DNA from: Gemmatimonadales bacterium | Lineage (GTDB): Bacteria > Gemmatimonadota > Gemmatimonadetes > Gemmatimonadales > GWC2-71-9 | Direction: 5' to 3' | Assembly (NCBI GenBank): GCA_039915685.1 | Contig: JBDSMU010000070.1 | Location: forward strand, 1,741 to 65,740 | DNA: 64,000 bases | Part shown: in pieces, positions 9,712 through 19,110 of the stretch | How the letters are laid out: each line of letters starts with the position of its first letter | Position numbering within the stretch: the first letter of the stretch is position 1 | Translations under genes and position numbers: made by a program | Notes under the pieces: generated by a model | What the model saw: only the letters and a program-made list of their open reading frames with translations | Databases searched by the model: none | Told to the model about the DNA's origin: nothing

Positions 9712-9888
9712 CTACGACCGTCCGTCGTCGGAGGATTCGCCACGCAGTCGGCCGGCGTCCTGTACCGCGCAGCGCAGCAGGTACTCGACCTGCGCATTGA
9801 GCGAACGCAGATCGTCAGCGGCCCAGCGCTGCAAGGCGGCATGCAGCGCCGGGTCGAGTCGGACGAGGAACGACTTGCGATCGCCCAT
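9712..9888 (-). CDS. Arc/ribbon-helix-helix family DNA-binding protein (58 aa, absent from ORF track)
   Basis: Hand translation gives MGDRKSFLVRLDPALHAALQRWAADDLRSLNAQVEYLLRCAVQDAGRLRGESSDDGRS. This fits the beta-strand + two-helix Arc pattern (K.F.VRLP..LH..L...A....RSLNAE). ATG lies 4 nt after the SPFH stop. Confidence 0.75.
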   Translation of the reverse strand: MGDRKSFLVRLDPALHAALQRWAADDLRSLNAQVEYLLRCAVQDAGRLRGESSDDGRS

Positions 9889-9892
9889 CAGG

Positions 9893-10759
9893 TCAGTACA
9901 GCGATCCGGTGTTGACCACCGGTTGCATCGGCTGTTCGGCGCACAGGGTCACAAGAAGGTTCGATACCATGGCGGCCTTGCGCTCCTCGTCGAGCTGGAC
10001 CATGCCCTTCTGTTCGATCGCCCGCAGCGCCATGTCCACCATCGATACCGCACCCTCGACGATCTGCACGCGTGCCGCGATGATCGCGCTCGCCTGCTGC
10101 CGTCGGAGCATCGCATTGGCGATCTCGGGCGCGTAGGCGAGGTGTGCAATTCGAGCCTCGATCACCCGCATCCCGGCGCGAGCGAGGCGCGCCTGTACCT
10201 CTGCGGCAAGCTGGTCGGCGATCTCGTTGGCGTTGTGACTCAGCGACGTCTCGCCCTCGGCATGCGCATCGTATGGATACGACGTGGCGAGGGCCCTCAC
10301 CGCCGACTCGCTCTGCACCCGCACATAGTCCTCGTAGTTCTCGACCTCGAACATTGCCTCGGCAGAATCGACCACCTTCCACACCACGATTGCGCCGATC
10401 TCGATCGGGTTCGAATGCTTGTCGTTCACCTTGAGCTTGGCGGTCTCGAAGTTGTGCACCCGCAGCGAGATCGGCACCTTGGCATACAACGGATTCACCC
10501 ACCAGAGCCCGGGCACCTTGAGCGAGCCGACGTACCGTCCGAACAGGGTGAGCACCCGCGCCTGGTTGGGTTGCACCATGGTGAGGCCGAGCCAGAGGAC
10601 CAGCGAGCAGACCGCCACCACCGCCGAACCGATCCCGACCGGTCCGTCGTCGTGCCACGCGGCACGCACGCCAGAGGCGATCGACCCAGCCGTCAGGAGG
10701 AAGAGCAGGAATACAGCCACCATCCCCGGGACGCCCTTACGCTCAATCTCGCGAATCAT
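9893..10759 (-). CDS. SPFH/Band 7 (stomatin-like) domain membrane protein
   Basis: N-terminal TM helices then SPFH core (VQPNQARVLTLFGRYVG...NPIEIGAIVVWKV); ATG 10759 chosen over the longer track ORF. Confidence 0.88.
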   Translation of the reverse strand: MIREIERKGVPGMVAVFLLFLLTAGSIASGVRAAWHDDGPVGIGSAVVAVCSLVLWLGLTMVQPNQARVLTLFGRYVGSLKVPGLWWVNPLYAKVPISLRVHNFETAKLKVNDKHSNPIEIGAIVVWKVVDSAEAMFEVENYEDYVRVQSESAVRALATSYPYDAHAEGETSLSHNANEIADQLAAEVQARLARAGMRVIEARIAHLAYAPEIANAMLRRQQASAIIAARVQIVEGAVSMVDMALRAIEQKGMVQLDEERKAAMVSNLLVTLCAEQPMQPVVNTGSLY

Positions 10760-10777
10760 CGTTCCAGCTCCAGTGAA

Positions 10778-10804
10778 ATTGTGATGTCGATATGATATCA
10801 CAAT
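10778..10804. promoter_or_regulatory. AT-rich dyad ATTGTGAT-N11-ATCACAAT (operator candidate) in the 43-bp divergent region
   Basis: Perfect 8-bp inverted repeat, with a nested palindrome TGATATCA at 10793-10800; sits 19-45 nt upstream of the SPFH-Arc operon start. Confidence 0.35.
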
Positions 10805-11966
10805 GACATCTAATTCGGCAAGCCCCCCCCTCGATACCGGGCGTCGCCTCGGGTACGTGCTGGTGGGGTACCTCGCCCTTGTGGTTGGGGCGATCACCTT
10901 GGCGCCCTTTCGCTTTGCGATTCCCCACCCATTTCAGGCCTACCTCATCGTGCTCGACGGTGGATGGATTGCCGACGTCCTTCTCAACGTGGCGCTCTTC
11001 ATTCCGATCGGGCTGGCGCTCCACCGGACAATGCGATCGAAGCTGACCACCCTCGTGTTGGTCGCCGGCGGGGCGAGCCTGCTGATCGAGGGTCTCCAGC
11101 TCTTCCTGCCCCGTCGTTACAGCACCTTCACCGACGTTCTGGCGAACGGGCTCGGCGCGCTGCTGGGTGCGTCGATATCGGTGGCGGTCGACCGGCACTT
11201 CGGGACGGGGCGGCGGCTCGTCGGAAGGTTGATGCTCGACCTGCCGCTGATGGGTGTGACGTACCTCCTCCTGCCCCTGCTCTGGCTCGACGGACTCGGC
11301 GCGGTCGGCGATCCGGCGAGGGCTTGGCTCGGGATGCCCGTGGCGCTCGCCGGAGCGCTGACCCTTGCCGCCGTGGCTCAGACGGTGCCATCGGCTGCGA
11401 CGCCTGCAATGAGGCGCAACGTGGTGATTGCTGCCGTGACATGGTTTGCGATCGGTGCCGTTCCTGCCCTCCGCACCAACCCGGTAATGGTCGGCGTTGG
11501 ATTCGGCGCCGTCGTTATCGCAGCGAGCTTCGGTCAGTGGGCGTGGCGGCGTGCTGGGCAGCGCGACCGGCGCCTCGAACCGCAGGTGGTAAGCGTGCTG
11601 GTGCCACTCCTCCTGCTCTATCTCCTTGGCCTCGCGCTCGATCCTGGGTCACTTGATATCGAACGCGGCGGCGATGCCCGCGTCGGGATTCTTCGCTGGC
11701 TGGAGCACGTCGCGGCGCTGGTGTCGCTAGGCTACGTGCTGGCCGAATGGCGTGGTCGCCGGGGCGAGCCGGAGGCCAGGGCGGTGGTGGAGCCGGCACT
11801 CGCCACTTGCCTGGCTTGGGTTGCAATTGTTGCTGCAACAGGACGACCAGCGGTCCTCGCCGCCGGCGCGGTGGCCGTCGGCGCCGGCGGATTCGGAGCG
11901 ACACTGTACCGACGGCACCGGGATCACATCATTGCCCTCCGCGAGAGTGTCGATCAACGGGGATAG
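10803..11966 (+). CDS. VanZ-like family membrane protein with extended C-terminal TM region
   Basis: N-terminal VanZ pattern (LLNVALFIPIGL...LLIEGLQLFLPRRYSTFTDVLANGLGALLG) followed by about 6 further TM helices. Confidence 0.75.
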   Translation: MTSNSASPPLDTGRRLGYVLVGYLALVVGAITLAPFRFAIPHPFQAYLIVLDGGWIADVLLNVALFIPIGLALHRTMRSKLTTLVLVAGGASLLIEGLQLFLPRRYSTFTDVLANGLGALLGASISVAVDRHFGTGRRLVGRLMLDLPLMGVTYLLLPLLWLDGLGAVGDPARAWLGMPVALAGALTLAAVAQTVPSAATPAMRRNVVIAAVTWFAIGAVPALRTNPVMVGVGFGAVVIAASFGQWAWRRAGQRDRRLEPQVVSVLVPLLLLYLLGLALDPGSLDIERGGDARVGILRWLEHVAALVSLGYVLAEWRGRRGEPEARAVVEPALATCLAWVAIVAATGRPAVLAAGAVAVGAGGFGATLYRRHRDHIIALRESVDQRG

Positions 11967-11975
11967 CTTTCCCGG

Positions 11976-13700
11976 ATGAAGACAGCCGTATTGGTACTGA
12001 GCTTGGCCGCCGTGGGTGCGTGCCATGAATCGCCGGTCACCGACGATGCACCGACGCGCCCGGTGACGGCACTCCTACCAATACAGCACGGCCTCACCAA
12101 CGCGACTTTTCTGGGGGCGTGGACCAATTCCGATGGACGACTCTGGGTGGCGGGCCAGGAAGGGGTGGTTCAGCGATGGGACGGGTCTGGTTCGGTAATC
12201 GAATCCACTCCGACGAGGGAGACGCTCACCGGAATCTGGGGACCGGGCTCCACCCCACTCTTCGCTAGTGGAAGTGGTGGGACGATCCTCCGGCGCCTAC
12301 CCACCGGATGGGTCAATGAGCCCGTGCCCACTGCGGAGATACTTCTTGACGTATGGGGCTTCGATGCGGCGAATGCGTGGGCGGTGGGCACCGGTGGCAC
12401 AATCCTGTATTACGACGGGTCCGGATGGCAACAAGAGCAAACCCCGCTGCCCGCCGAGTTGTGGAGTGTGTGGGGAAGTTCGGCGCAATCGCTGGTGGCG
12501 ATCGGCCAGAACGGGGTGATTCTCGAATGCTGTGATGCTGGCCGATGGGCGCAGGTCACGTCGCCGACGACCAATGGATTGTTTGACGTTGCCGGAGACG
12601 GATCGGGACGAGTGGTCGCCGTTGGCACTGCGGGAACGATTGTGGTGCGCGACGCCGGAAACTGGCGAGTCGTGCCGTCTCCCACGTCGGTCAACCTCTT
12701 CGGCGTGACGAGTGATGGCCCGGGCCGTTTCGTCGCGGTCGGCGATGGTGGTCGCATCATTTCCGGTGATGGTGTCAACTGGACGCTTGTGCCGGTTCGC
12801 GGTGCATTGGAGAACCTTCGCGCGGCGAGCAGCGGCGGCGGTCGGCGCCACGCCGCCGGGTGGTATGGCACCGTGCTCAGCGACTCATCGGGTTGGGAAG
12901 CCATCGGTAGTGGATCATTGCTGTTCGACGTCCACGTTCCGACGGTAGGAACGGCGCTGGCCGTGGGTTCTGGCGGCCTGGCGTTCGAGCGCGTCGGTAG
13001 CGGGTGGCGGCGAACGGCACTGCCCACGTCGAACACGCTCTACGGCATCGCGGGACCGCTCGCGACCTCACGTCTCGTCGTGGGCGACAGTGGCACGATC
13101 CTCCGCGCCATCGGCGGCGGGTGGCGACGCGAGGCATCCCCGTTCGATGGCCTGCTGCGGAGTGTGTGGTGGGGCAGCGACGACCGGCAGGTGATCGTGG
13201 GTGCGGGTGGGACGGTGCTGACCTGGACCGGTAATGCGTGGAATCGCGCGAGCACGCCCACATCGGCCACCCTTCGGCACGTGCACGGCATTCGCGGCGG
13301 CGACATCTGGACCGTTGGCGATGACGGCACCGCACTGCGCTCTCGGAGCGGCGGTTGGGAACAGGTACCGACCCCGGTCCGGACCATCCTTCGTGGCGTC
13401 TGGGTGCGCTCATCCACAGACGTTTGGGTGGTGGGTGACTCGGGCGTTGTGTTGCATCGCCTCGGTGAGCAGTGGCGCACAGTCGCCGCGCCCATTCCGG
13501 GCGCGCTTCGGGCGGTGAGTGAGATTGACGGGTACATCTATGTGATCGGCGAGGGAGGTACTGCGTGGCGTCGGGATGGCGAGCAATGGGTGGCACTTGA
13601 AAGTGGGTTGCCAGTGCTGCTCCTCGCCATCGACGGTGCGTCCGCCGACGACGTGGTCGTGGTCGGCGAGCTGGCCGCGATCCTCGCAGGGACGCGCTGA
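11976..13700 (+). CDS. lipoprotein with about 13-14 beta-propeller blade repeats (Ycf48/BNR-like)
   Basis: Lipobox LSLAAVGAC; roughly 40-aa repeats with W.VG..GTIL motifs (GTILRR, GTILYY, GVILEC, GTIVVR, GRIISG, GTVLSD, GTILRA, GTVLTW, GTALRS, GVVLHR). Confidence 0.75.
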   Translation: MKTAVLVLSLAAVGACHESPVTDDAPTRPVTALLPIQHGLTNATFLGAWTNSDGRLWVAGQEGVVQRWDGSGSVIESTPTRETLTGIWGPGSTPLFASGSGGTILRRLPTGWVNEPVPTAEILLDVWGFDAANAWAVGTGGTILYYDGSGWQQEQTPLPAELWSVWGSSAQSLVAIGQNGVILECCDAGRWAQVTSPTTNGLFDVAGDGSGRVVAVGTAGTIVVRDAGNWRVVPSPTSVNLFGVTSDGPGRFVAVGDGGRIISGDGVNWTLVPVRGALENLRAASSGGGRRHAAGWYGTVLSDSSGWEAIGSGSLLFDVHVPTVGTALAVGSGGLAFERVGSGWRRTALPTSNTLYGIAGPLATSRLVVGDSGTILRAIGGGWRREASPFDGLLRSVWWGSDDRQVIVGAGGTVLTWTGNAWNRASTPTSATLRHVHGIRGGDIWTVGDDGTALRSRSGGWEQVPTPVRTILRGVWVRSSTDVWVVGDSGVVLHRLGEQWRTVAAPIPGALRAVSEIDGYIYVIGEGGTAWRRDGEQWVALESGLPVLLLAIDGASADDVVVVGELAAILAGTR

Positions 13701-13707
13701 GCGGCGG

Positions 13708-15018
13708 TTACGAAAGCAGTCGCCGACGGGGCGACACGGCATTCGCGATCAAGATCCCCGAGACGAGCGATATGGCGATCAGCACCATCTTGAAGGCGCT
13801 ATCGACACCGCCGATCACATCATCGGCGCCCCTGCTGGCAACAAGGGCGTCGAGCGAGCGAATCCCGATGCTCCCGGGCACCATCAAGAGCAGGCCGGGG
13901 ACCAGGGTGATGGGTGCAGGCCGGTTGGTGATGCGCGCGTACCAGTTGCTGCCCAGTGCCGTCGCGAATGCGCCCACGAACGCGCCGAGCTCCGCGCCCA
14001 GCACGCGCGCGCCGAGTCGGGTGCCGAAGAATGCCAGCAGGCACGCCGTCATGATCCAAGGCGCGTCGCGCCATTCTGCCCGCAGTAAGACCATGAATGC
14101 GAGCGGCAAGATCACCAACGCGATCGGCACACTCCAGCCGGGCAGGGGCACGGGCGCGCCCAGCAGCGGCACGGGCCCGACCAGCAGTGACATGACTTTC
14201 CCGCCTACAGCGATCCCGAAGGCGATACCGAGAAGAGTGACGACCGCGCCCATGAATCGCGCCGTCCCCGATGCGAGATGCTGGGAGGAGAGTTCGGTCA
14301 TCGCGGTGGTGAGCGTCAGGCCCGGGATCAGCACGATGACACCTGCGAGGGTGGCGGTGAACACCGACATCGGCATTCCGCTGACTGCAATCCCGGTGGC
14401 GGCAGCCGATGCAATGGCAGCGGCAACCGGTGCGAACACTCTTCCGAGCGCCGGAAATCGCGTGGTCAGCAACGAGAGGAGACCGATCACCAAGCCGATC
14501 GCGAACCCGACAATCACTTCGTTGCGGCCACCCCCGAGGAACTGCGCAACGGTGCCGGACGAGAGTCCGAACGCAAGCGTCGTGAGCGCGGGGCCATAGG
14601 GCGGTGGTGCGCTCTCGATCCGGGCGAGTGCACTGAGGCCCTGCGATGGCGTCTTCCGCCCCTCGAGGACGTCGTGGGTGACGGCATCCACCTGCGCCAG
14701 CTTGCCGAGGTTGGTCTCGCCGGGCCGCACGCGGATGAGGAAGGTCTGCTGATCATCTTGCACGCCGAATGACGACATGATCGACGTGGGCGTGGAGAAG
14801 AACTGGCCATGCAGGCCCAGCTTGTCGCTCGCCATCTCCATTGCCTCCTCCAGCCGATGCGCGTCATACCCGGAGACATGCAGCGAGCGACCGAGCTGGA
14901 GGACGAAGCCGACACGATCATCGCCTTGGCGGAGCGCAGACGGGATCGCCATGCCTCCGGTTGGGGTCCATCCAGCCCAGCTTGTGCGGGGCTCGGGCTC
15001 GGGAGGCGTCATATTCAC
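13708..15018 (-). CDS. threonine/serine exporter (ThrE) family protein, fused DUF1212+DUF3815 type
   Basis: LGRSLHVSGYDAHRLEEAMEMASDKLGL N-domain then about 10 TM; GTG 15018 or ATG 15012. Confidence 0.85.
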   Translation of the reverse strand: MNMTPPEPEPRTSWAGWTPTGGMAIPSALRQGDDRVGFVLQLGRSLHVSGYDAHRLEEAMEMASDKLGLHGQFFSTPTSIMSSFGVQDDQQTFLIRVRPGETNLGKLAQVDAVTHDVLEGRKTPSQGLSALARIESAPPPYGPALTTLAFGLSSGTVAQFLGGGRNEVIVGFAIGLVIGLLSLLTTRFPALGRVFAPVAAAIASAAATGIAVSGMPMSVFTATLAGVIVLIPGLTLTTAMTELSSQHLASGTARFMGAVVTLLGIAFGIAVGGKVMSLLVGPVPLLGAPVPLPGWSVPIALVILPLAFMVLLRAEWRDAPWIMTACLLAFFGTRLGARVLGAELGAFVGAFATALGSNWYARITNRPAPITLVPGLLLMVPGSIGIRSLDALVASRGADDVIGGVDSAFKMVLIAISLVSGILIANAVSPRRRLLS

Positions 15019-15054
15019 AGGGGTATGATACGACCAACCGGAGGGTGGAAGCCA

Positions 15055-16488
15055 ATGCGCATAGTCATGTCGGTCCTTGCAGCAAGCGTCCTGGTGGTTT
15101 CAGCAGGCGTCACGGGCTGTGCCACGAACCCGGTAACGGGCCAGAGCCAGTTGTCGCTGGTGTCGGAGTCACAAGAAATCGAGATGGGTCGGAGCCAGGT
15201 GCCGGCAGTGCAACAGTCCATGGGATTTGTGGCTGATCCGGCACTCCAGTCGTACGTCAGCACAATCGGCATGAAGATGGCGCGCGCGTCCGAACGTCCC
15301 CAGCTGCCGTGGGAATTTCATGTCGTTGACGACCCGATGATCAACGCGTTCGCCGCGCCGGGCGGCTTCATTTTCGTGACCCGCGGAATTCTCGCGGTGA
15401 TGAACTCCGAGGCAGAGCTCGCCGGAGTCCTCGGTCATGAAATCGCGCATGTGACCGCGAAGCACTCGGTGGCGCAGATGAGCACGGGCCTGGGTGCGCA
15501 GATCGGCGTGCTCGCCGCCGCGATCCTCACCAAGAGCGACGCGGTGGCGCAGGGCGCCGGCGCGGTGGCGACTCTCTTCACGCTCAAGTATGGGCGAGAC
15601 CAGGAGACCCAGGCCGACGCGATCGGGCACCGATATGCGCTCACCGAACGGTACGATGTGCGGGAAATTCCGAAGACATTCATGACGCTGCAACGCATCG
15701 GCGCAGCGAGCGGCAGTTCCTCCGGCCCGTCGTTCCTCTCGACCCACCCCGATCCGGGCAATCGGGTCGCGAAGACGCAGGCCTGGGCGGACACGGTGAG
15801 CAGCTATGCCGGTTTGGTGACAGATCGTGACGAGTTCATGACGCGGATCAACGGCATGCTCTACGGAGCCGACCCGGCGGAGGGGTACTTCGAGAACGGA
15901 GTGTTCCTGCACCCGGCGTTGCGGTTTCAGTTCAACGTGCCATCCAACTGGTTGACGGCCAATCAGAAAGCAGCGGTCGTCCTCGGTGAGCCAAATGGCC
16001 AGGCGCAGATCCAGTTGAGTGGGGTGCCGCAGTCGTCCCCGCAAGCGGCGATGCAGGCCTTCCAGCAGCAGCAGGGCATCCAGACCGGTAACGCGCAGAA
16101 CATCTCGCTCGGCGGCTCACCAGGGATGATCGCCGAGTTCACGGCCGCGACGCAGGACGGGCAGCAGATCCGGGGTCAGGTGCTGATGGTGCAACACGCC
16201 GGTACAGTGTTCCAATTCGTTGGTTATGCCACGGCGCAGGGCTGGGGATCGCAGGGCGGCACGGTGTCATCGGTGCTGCGCTCGTTCCGTCCCACGGCGT
16301 CGAATCAGGTGTTTCAGCGGGCGCGCGCGCTCCGTGTCGTCACGCTGCAGCGGGCGACGTCGATTGCGACGCTGGCTCAACAGAGCGGTGGCGCCATCGC
16401 GACCGCGGAACTAGCCATCCTCAATGGTGTTGACGGCGACGTCACCCTGCCGGCCGGTCGGCGCGTGAAGACGGTTGGGTACCGCTAG
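15055..16488 (+). CDS. M48 family metallopeptidase lipoprotein with LysM-like C-terminal tail
   Basis: Lipobox SAGVTGC; HEIAHVTAKH zinc motif; the last ~50 aa resemble LysM (tentative); GGAGGG SD before ATG 15055. Confidence 0.88.
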   Translation: MRIVMSVLAASVLVVSAGVTGCATNPVTGQSQLSLVSESQEIEMGRSQVPAVQQSMGFVADPALQSYVSTIGMKMARASERPQLPWEFHVVDDPMINAFAAPGGFIFVTRGILAVMNSEAELAGVLGHEIAHVTAKHSVAQMSTGLGAQIGVLAAAILTKSDAVAQGAGAVATLFTLKYGRDQETQADAIGHRYALTERYDVREIPKTFMTLQRIGAASGSSSGPSFLSTHPDPGNRVAKTQAWADTVSSYAGLVTDRDEFMTRINGMLYGADPAEGYFENGVFLHPALRFQFNVPSNWLTANQKAAVVLGEPNGQAQIQLSGVPQSSPQAAMQAFQQQQGIQTGNAQNISLGGSPGMIAEFTAATQDGQQIRGQVLMVQHAGTVFQFVGYATAQGWGSQGGTVSSVLRSFRPTASNQVFQRARALRVVTLQRATSIATLAQQSGGAIATAELAILNGVDGDVTLPAGRRVKTVGYR

Positions 16489-16510
16489 GCTCAGCCGAAG
16501 AAGTTGATGG

Positions 16511-16539
16511 CGGCCCCGCGACTACCCGTTGCGGGGCCG
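16511..16539. terminator. hairpin between convergent M48 and VWA genes
   Basis: 9-bp stem CGGCCCCGC / GCGGGGCCG, 11-nt loop, T-containing tail. Confidence 0.4.
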
Positions 16540-16546
16540 TCGTCGT

Positions 16547-17827
16547 TTAACCCCGTGTCGTCTTCCCCTTGAGGAAGTCCATCAACAGGAACTCGCCGAG
16601 AGTCATCGGGTTGGCGAAGTATGCCTTGCCCCGGCAGATCCGTGACACCTGCTTTACAAACTCCACCAGCTGGGCATCACGGGCGAGCATGAATGTGTTG
16701 ATCATGATGCCGCTGCGGCGGCACGCGGAGACTTCCCGGTACGTTGCTTCGAGGATCACCGGGTCAAGGCCGGCCGAGTTGATGTAAACACGTCCATCGG
16801 GCATCGTGAGTGCCGTCGGCTTCCCATCGGTGATCATGATGATCTGCTGCATTTCCTGACGCTGCGACGCAAGGATACGCCGTGCCAATGCCAGCCCGCC
16901 CGCAGTGTTGGTATGGTAGGGCCCAACCTGGACATTGGCGAGGGCGCCGAGCGGAATTTCCTCGGCACCGTCGTGAAACAGGACGACCCGGATCGAATCG
17001 CCGGGAAAATGGCTGCGAATCAGGTGAGTGAGCGCGAGCGCGACCCGCTTTGCCGGCGTGAAGCGGTCCTCGCCGTAGAGGATCATCGAGTGCGAGCAGT
17101 CGAGCATCAGCACGGTGGCGGCCGAAGAACGATATGTCGATTGCGTCACCATCAGGTCGCGATGGTCAAGCTCGAGCGGGAAGGTGAGCCCGTGCCGCGA
17201 GATAGCACTGGTGAGCGTCGCCGAGACGTCGAGGTTGAGGACGTCACCGAACTCGAATGGCCGGCTCGCGGCCTCGGCCTCGATACCGGTCGACAAGTCG
17301 CTGGTATCGTGCGCACCGACGGCCGATCGCCCGAGTGCCCCGAGTAGCGACTTGAGCGAACGATAGCCGAGGAAGTCAGCACCTTTTTCGGCGACATCGA
17401 ACCGTACGGTTCGCGCGGCGTCCCGAGCGGTGGCCGGGGCATCGCGGATTGTGCCCGGTCCGGCGCGCGACTGCCCGGTTGGAATGGACAGGTAGCCCTC
17501 GTCCACCAACCGGGCGACGATGCGGTCGAGCAGATCGGCGAGGTCTCGGCTCACCGCCGCATCGCGCTCGGCTTCGCCGGTGGGTCCGGCCGTGAGGAGT
17601 TGGAGCATCTCCGGTGTGAGCTGTCCGGATTCCATCAGTGCCTGCAGAATCGCTGCGCGAAGGTCCGCCACGGTGCGACCGTCGTCAGCGTCTTCCGGAT
17701 CGCCCCACCACGGCACACCGTTGAACCCCGACTGCAGGAGAAAGTCTCCTAGGTGGTCGAGAAGTTCCTGGAGGTTGACCTGACCAGCGAGACCTTCCAG
17801 ATAGCGGGCGTACGTGGTGTAGCGCAT
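16547..17827 (-). CDS. VWA domain protein (CoxE-like), presumed partner of the ChlI-like ATPase at 19716-21182
   Basis: MIDAS motif VLMLDCSHSM, then ITDGKPT; long N-terminal helical region. Confidence 0.85.
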   Translation of the reverse strand: MRYTTYARYLEGLAGQVNLQELLDHLGDFLLQSGFNGVPWWGDPEDADDGRTVADLRAAILQALMESGQLTPEMLQLLTAGPTGEAERDAAVSRDLADLLDRIVARLVDEGYLSIPTGQSRAGPGTIRDAPATARDAARTVRFDVAEKGADFLGYRSLKSLLGALGRSAVGAHDTSDLSTGIEAEAASRPFEFGDVLNLDVSATLTSAISRHGLTFPLELDHRDLMVTQSTYRSSAATVLMLDCSHSMILYGEDRFTPAKRVALALTHLIRSHFPGDSIRVVLFHDGAEEIPLGALANVQVGPYHTNTAGGLALARRILASQRQEMQQIIMITDGKPTALTMPDGRVYINSAGLDPVILEATYREVSACRRSGIMINTFMLARDAQLVEFVKQVSRICRGKAYFANPMTLGEFLLMDFLKGKTTRG

Positions 17828-17910
17828 AACCGGAAGCTACTACCTTGATCGTCATGTCCCTGCTGCCGATCGTACGGACCCGACAGGCGCTGAACGACCT
17901 TGGTGCCGGA

Positions 17911-19110
17911 ATGGCCACTGGTCCCTTTCGCGCACTGCGGCATGCCGACTTCCGCCGGTTCCTCACCGGCCAGGCGATCTCGCTGGTCGGCACATGGATG
18001 CAGATCATTGCCCAGGGATGGCTGGTCCTGGAGCTCACAGGGTCGGCGTTCGCCGTGGGCCTCACCACAACGATATCAACGATCCCTATCCTCTTCTTCA
18101 CGCTGTATGGTGGGGTGGTGGCCGACCGTGTCGACAAGCGGCGATTCATCATGATGCTGCAGTCGGTGATGATGATCGAGGCTGCCGTCCTCGCGGGGCT
18201 GACGCTGGCGGGGCTCATCACGGTCGAGTGGGTGTGGGGGCTTGCCCTCGTGTTCGGCCTCGCGACGGCGTTCGAGGTGCCCGCACGCCAGGCGATGGTG
18301 GTCGAACTCGTGCCGCCGGAAGACCTCGTCTCGGCAGCCGCGATCAACTCCACGGTGTACAACCTTGGGCGGGTCGTGGGCCCTGCAATCGCGGGTGTGG
18401 TTGTGGCCCTTGCGGGCGCTGGCGCCGCGTTTGCCGCCAACTCCCTGAGCTACGTTGCCGTGCTCGTCGGCCTCTATCGGATCCGCCAGCCGTTCGCAGC
18501 GGCGATGACGCGAGTGCGCCCGTCGGTTTTCACCGGGATCCGATTCATCCGATCGCGCCCTGTTCTTGCCGCCCTTACGCTCCAGATGGTTGTGCTGTCG
18601 GTGTTCGCCGCGAGTTTTATCCCGATACTGCCCGTCTTCGCACGCGATGTTCTCGGCGCCGGCGCGTCAGGTTACGGTGCGCTCACGTCTGCGGTGGGAG
18701 TCGGAGCTGCGATCGGTGCAATCGGCATGGGGGCCTTCGACCGCCGGATCTCGAGGGCGCGAGGCGCCGTGCTGGCTTCCGCGGTCCTCGGAATGGCGGT
18801 GATCTTGTTGGCGCTTTCCCGTGAGATGACGCTCGCGCTGCTGCTCCTCGGCGTTGCCGGCTCTGCGATGGCAGCGCAAGGGATTGCCACGGCGACCTCG
18901 CTCCAGCTCGCCGCGCCGGCAGACCTGCGGGGCCGTGTGATGGCGGTGTATTCATTCGTTGTGCTCGGGTTGACGCCGATCGGAGCGTTTCAGGCGGGAT
19001 GGATCGCCGAGCATGCGGGGGCACCGTGGGCGATCGCCATCAACGGCGTCACCTGCCTCCTTGCGACCGCCATCCTGCGGAGCCGGCTCTGGCACGGGGG
19101 GACGACCTGA
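17911..19110 (+). CDS. MFS transporter (EntS/MFS_3-like)
   Basis: MATGPFRALRHADFRRFLTGQAISLVGTWMQ N-terminus typical of this MFS clade; 12 TM; ATG 17911 preferred over 17845. Confidence 0.85.
   Translation: MATGPFRALRHADFRRFLTGQAISLVGTWMQIIAQGWLVLELTGSAFAVGLTTTISTIPILFFTLYGGVVADRVDKRRFIMMLQSVMMIEAAVLAGLTLAGLITVEWVWGLALVFGLATAFEVPARQAMVVELVPPEDLVSAAAINSTVYNLGRVVGPAIAGVVVALAGAGAAFAANSLSYVAVLVGLYRIRQPFAAAMTRVRPSVFTGIRFIRSRPVLAALTLQMVVLSVFAASFIPILPVFARDVLGAGASGYGALTSAVGVGAAIGAIGMGAFDRRISRARGAVLASAVLGMAVILLALSREMTLALLLLGVAGSAMAAQGIATATSLQLAAPADLRGRVMAVYSFVVLGLTPIGAFQAGWIAEHAGAPWAIAINGVTCLLATAILRSRLWHGGTT

Noticed and set aside
17845-17910. Longer MFS start at 17845, only 17 bp from the divergent VWA start
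   Set aside because: The first 22 residues (MIVMSLLPIVRTRQALNDLGAG) precede the family-typical N-terminus MATGPFRALRH. ATG 17911 gives a normal 83-bp divergent promoter region. The longer form cannot be excluded.
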